From Chiloscyllium plagiosum (taxonomy: Eukaryota), in the NCBI RefSeq assembly GCF_004010195.1, contig NC_057750.1:9065642-9129641 (forward strand): DNA of 64,000 nucleotides, in the 5' to 3' direction. Position 1 is the first letter of the stretch. Every line of letters starts with the position of its first letter. Below, one piece after another: positions 62,521 through 64,000 of this stretch. The notes under the pieces are model-generated. The model was not told the DNA's origin. It saw nothing but the letters and a program-made list of their open reading frames with translations, and made no database searches. Made by a program: the position numbers and the translations under genes.

Positions 62521-63238
62521 GTAGCCCCCCCATCTGGTTCTTGACTGACCCACATGAAGATACATCCATATCCACCATGTCAGGACCATTCAGGACCTTA
62601 TACACTTCAAGTCTCCACTCATTTTTTCTTAACTCTGTTAAAGTCTACCATCTCCTCATAAAACAACCCACTCATTCCAGGTATCAATTCCGGTAGGCCT
62701 TGTATAGGAAGAATATTATTAAGATTGAGAGATGCAGAAGAGATTTCCAAGGCCACCTTTGGAACATTGTGTGCAATTCTTGTCGCCCTCTTATCGGAAG
62801 GATGTTGTGAAACGTGGAAGGGTTCAGAAAAGATTTACAAGGATGTTGCCAGGGGTTGGAGGATTTGAGCTTCAGGGAGAGGCTGCACTGGCTGGGGCTG
62901 TTTTCACTGGCACATCAGAGGCTGAGGGGTGACCTTATAGAGGTTTATAAAATCATGAGGGGCATGGATAGGATAAATAGAGTCTCTTCCCTGAGGTAGG
63001 GGACTCCAGAATGATAGGACATAGATTTAGACTGAGAGGGGAAAGATATAAAAGAGACCTAAGCGGCAACTTTTTCATGCACAGGGTGGTACGTGCATGA
63101 AAGGAGCTGTCAGAGGAAGTGCTGAAGGCGGGTACAATTACAGCATCAAGAGGAGGAGAAGGCAACGTTTCCAGTGTAACCCTTTCTCAGGAATCACCCG
63201 ACATGTTGCCTTCCCGCTCCGTCCTGATGCTGCCTGCC

Positions 63239-63738
63239 NNNNNNNNNNNNNNNNNNNNNNNNNNNNNNNNNNNNNNNNNNNNNNNNNNNNNNNNNNNNNN
63301 NNNNNNNNNNNNNNNNNNNNNNNNNNNNNNNNNNNNNNNNNNNNNNNNNNNNNNNNNNNNNNNNNNNNNNNNNNNNNNNNNNNNNNNNNNNNNNNNNNNN
63401 NNNNNNNNNNNNNNNNNNNNNNNNNNNNNNNNNNNNNNNNNNNNNNNNNNNNNNNNNNNNNNNNNNNNNNNNNNNNNNNNNNNNNNNNNNNNNNNNNNNN
63501 NNNNNNNNNNNNNNNNNNNNNNNNNNNNNNNNNNNNNNNNNNNNNNNNNNNNNNNNNNNNNNNNNNNNNNNNNNNNNNNNNNNNNNNNNNNNNNNNNNNN
63601 NNNNNNNNNNNNNNNNNNNNNNNNNNNNNNNNNNNNNNNNNNNNNNNNNNNNNNNNNNNNNNNNNNNNNNNNNNNNNNNNNNNNNNNNNNNNNNNNNNNN
63701 NNNNNNNNNNNNNNNNNNNNNNNNNNNNNNNNNNNNNN
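63239..63738. other. Assembly gap (500 N)
   Basis: Run of N. Confidence 1.
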
Positions 63739-64000
63739 GGGGCGGCGAGGTCAGGAAGAAGATTGCAGGTTAGGAAGGCGGTGCTGAATTCGATGGATTT
63801 GATTGAGACAAGGTGGGGGGAGGGGAAATGAGGAAACTGGTGAAATCCGAGTTCATCCCTTGTGGTTGGAGGGTTCCTAGGCAGAAGATGAGGCGCTCTT
63901 CCTCCAACCGTCGTGTTGTTGTGGTCTGGCGATGGAGGAGTCCAAAGACCTGCATATCCTTGGTGGAGTGGGAGGGGGGTTGAAGTGTTGAGCCACAGGA
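63739..64000 (-). mobile_element. Penelope-like GIY-YIG C-terminal region (family A)
   Basis: HFNPPPTPPRI/DMQVFGLLHRQTTTTRRLEEERLIFCLGTLQPQGMNSDFTSF. Confidence 0.85.

Overview
Eukaryotic, repeat-dense, apparently non-coding (intronic or intergenic) vertebrate DNA. It is almost certainly from a shark: it carries about 25 HE1-type V-SINE copies and many CR1/HER1-type LINE 3' fragments sharing the HE1 tail. No host protein-coding exon, rRNA, tRNA gene or CRISPR array is supportable. The long ORFs are artefacts of N gaps (387-886, 18885-19492, 63239-63738), microsatellites or retroelement fragments. Other content: Penelope-like (GIY-YIG) fragments, a second APE-RT LINE with a partner SINE, a Rex/Babar-like fragment, Deu-domain-like SINE relics, and 43-, 51-, 53- and 70-bp tandem arrays. 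Three signals stand out. (1) Many 50-260 bp Penelope-derived micro-insertions from at least three families, mostly carrying minimal hammerhead-ribozyme motifs, with fixed 3' ends, 9-18 bp target-site duplications and often an inverted 5' arm forming a hairpin. (2) Four templated local copies (1.4-35 kb away) that carry junctions or flanks, which ordinary retrotransposition does not easily explain. (3) Repeat-free islands with RFX X-box and YY1-like motifs, which are candidate enhancers. Element boundaries were read by eye and are approximate unless a TSD is quoted. Family names are from recall, not from a database search.
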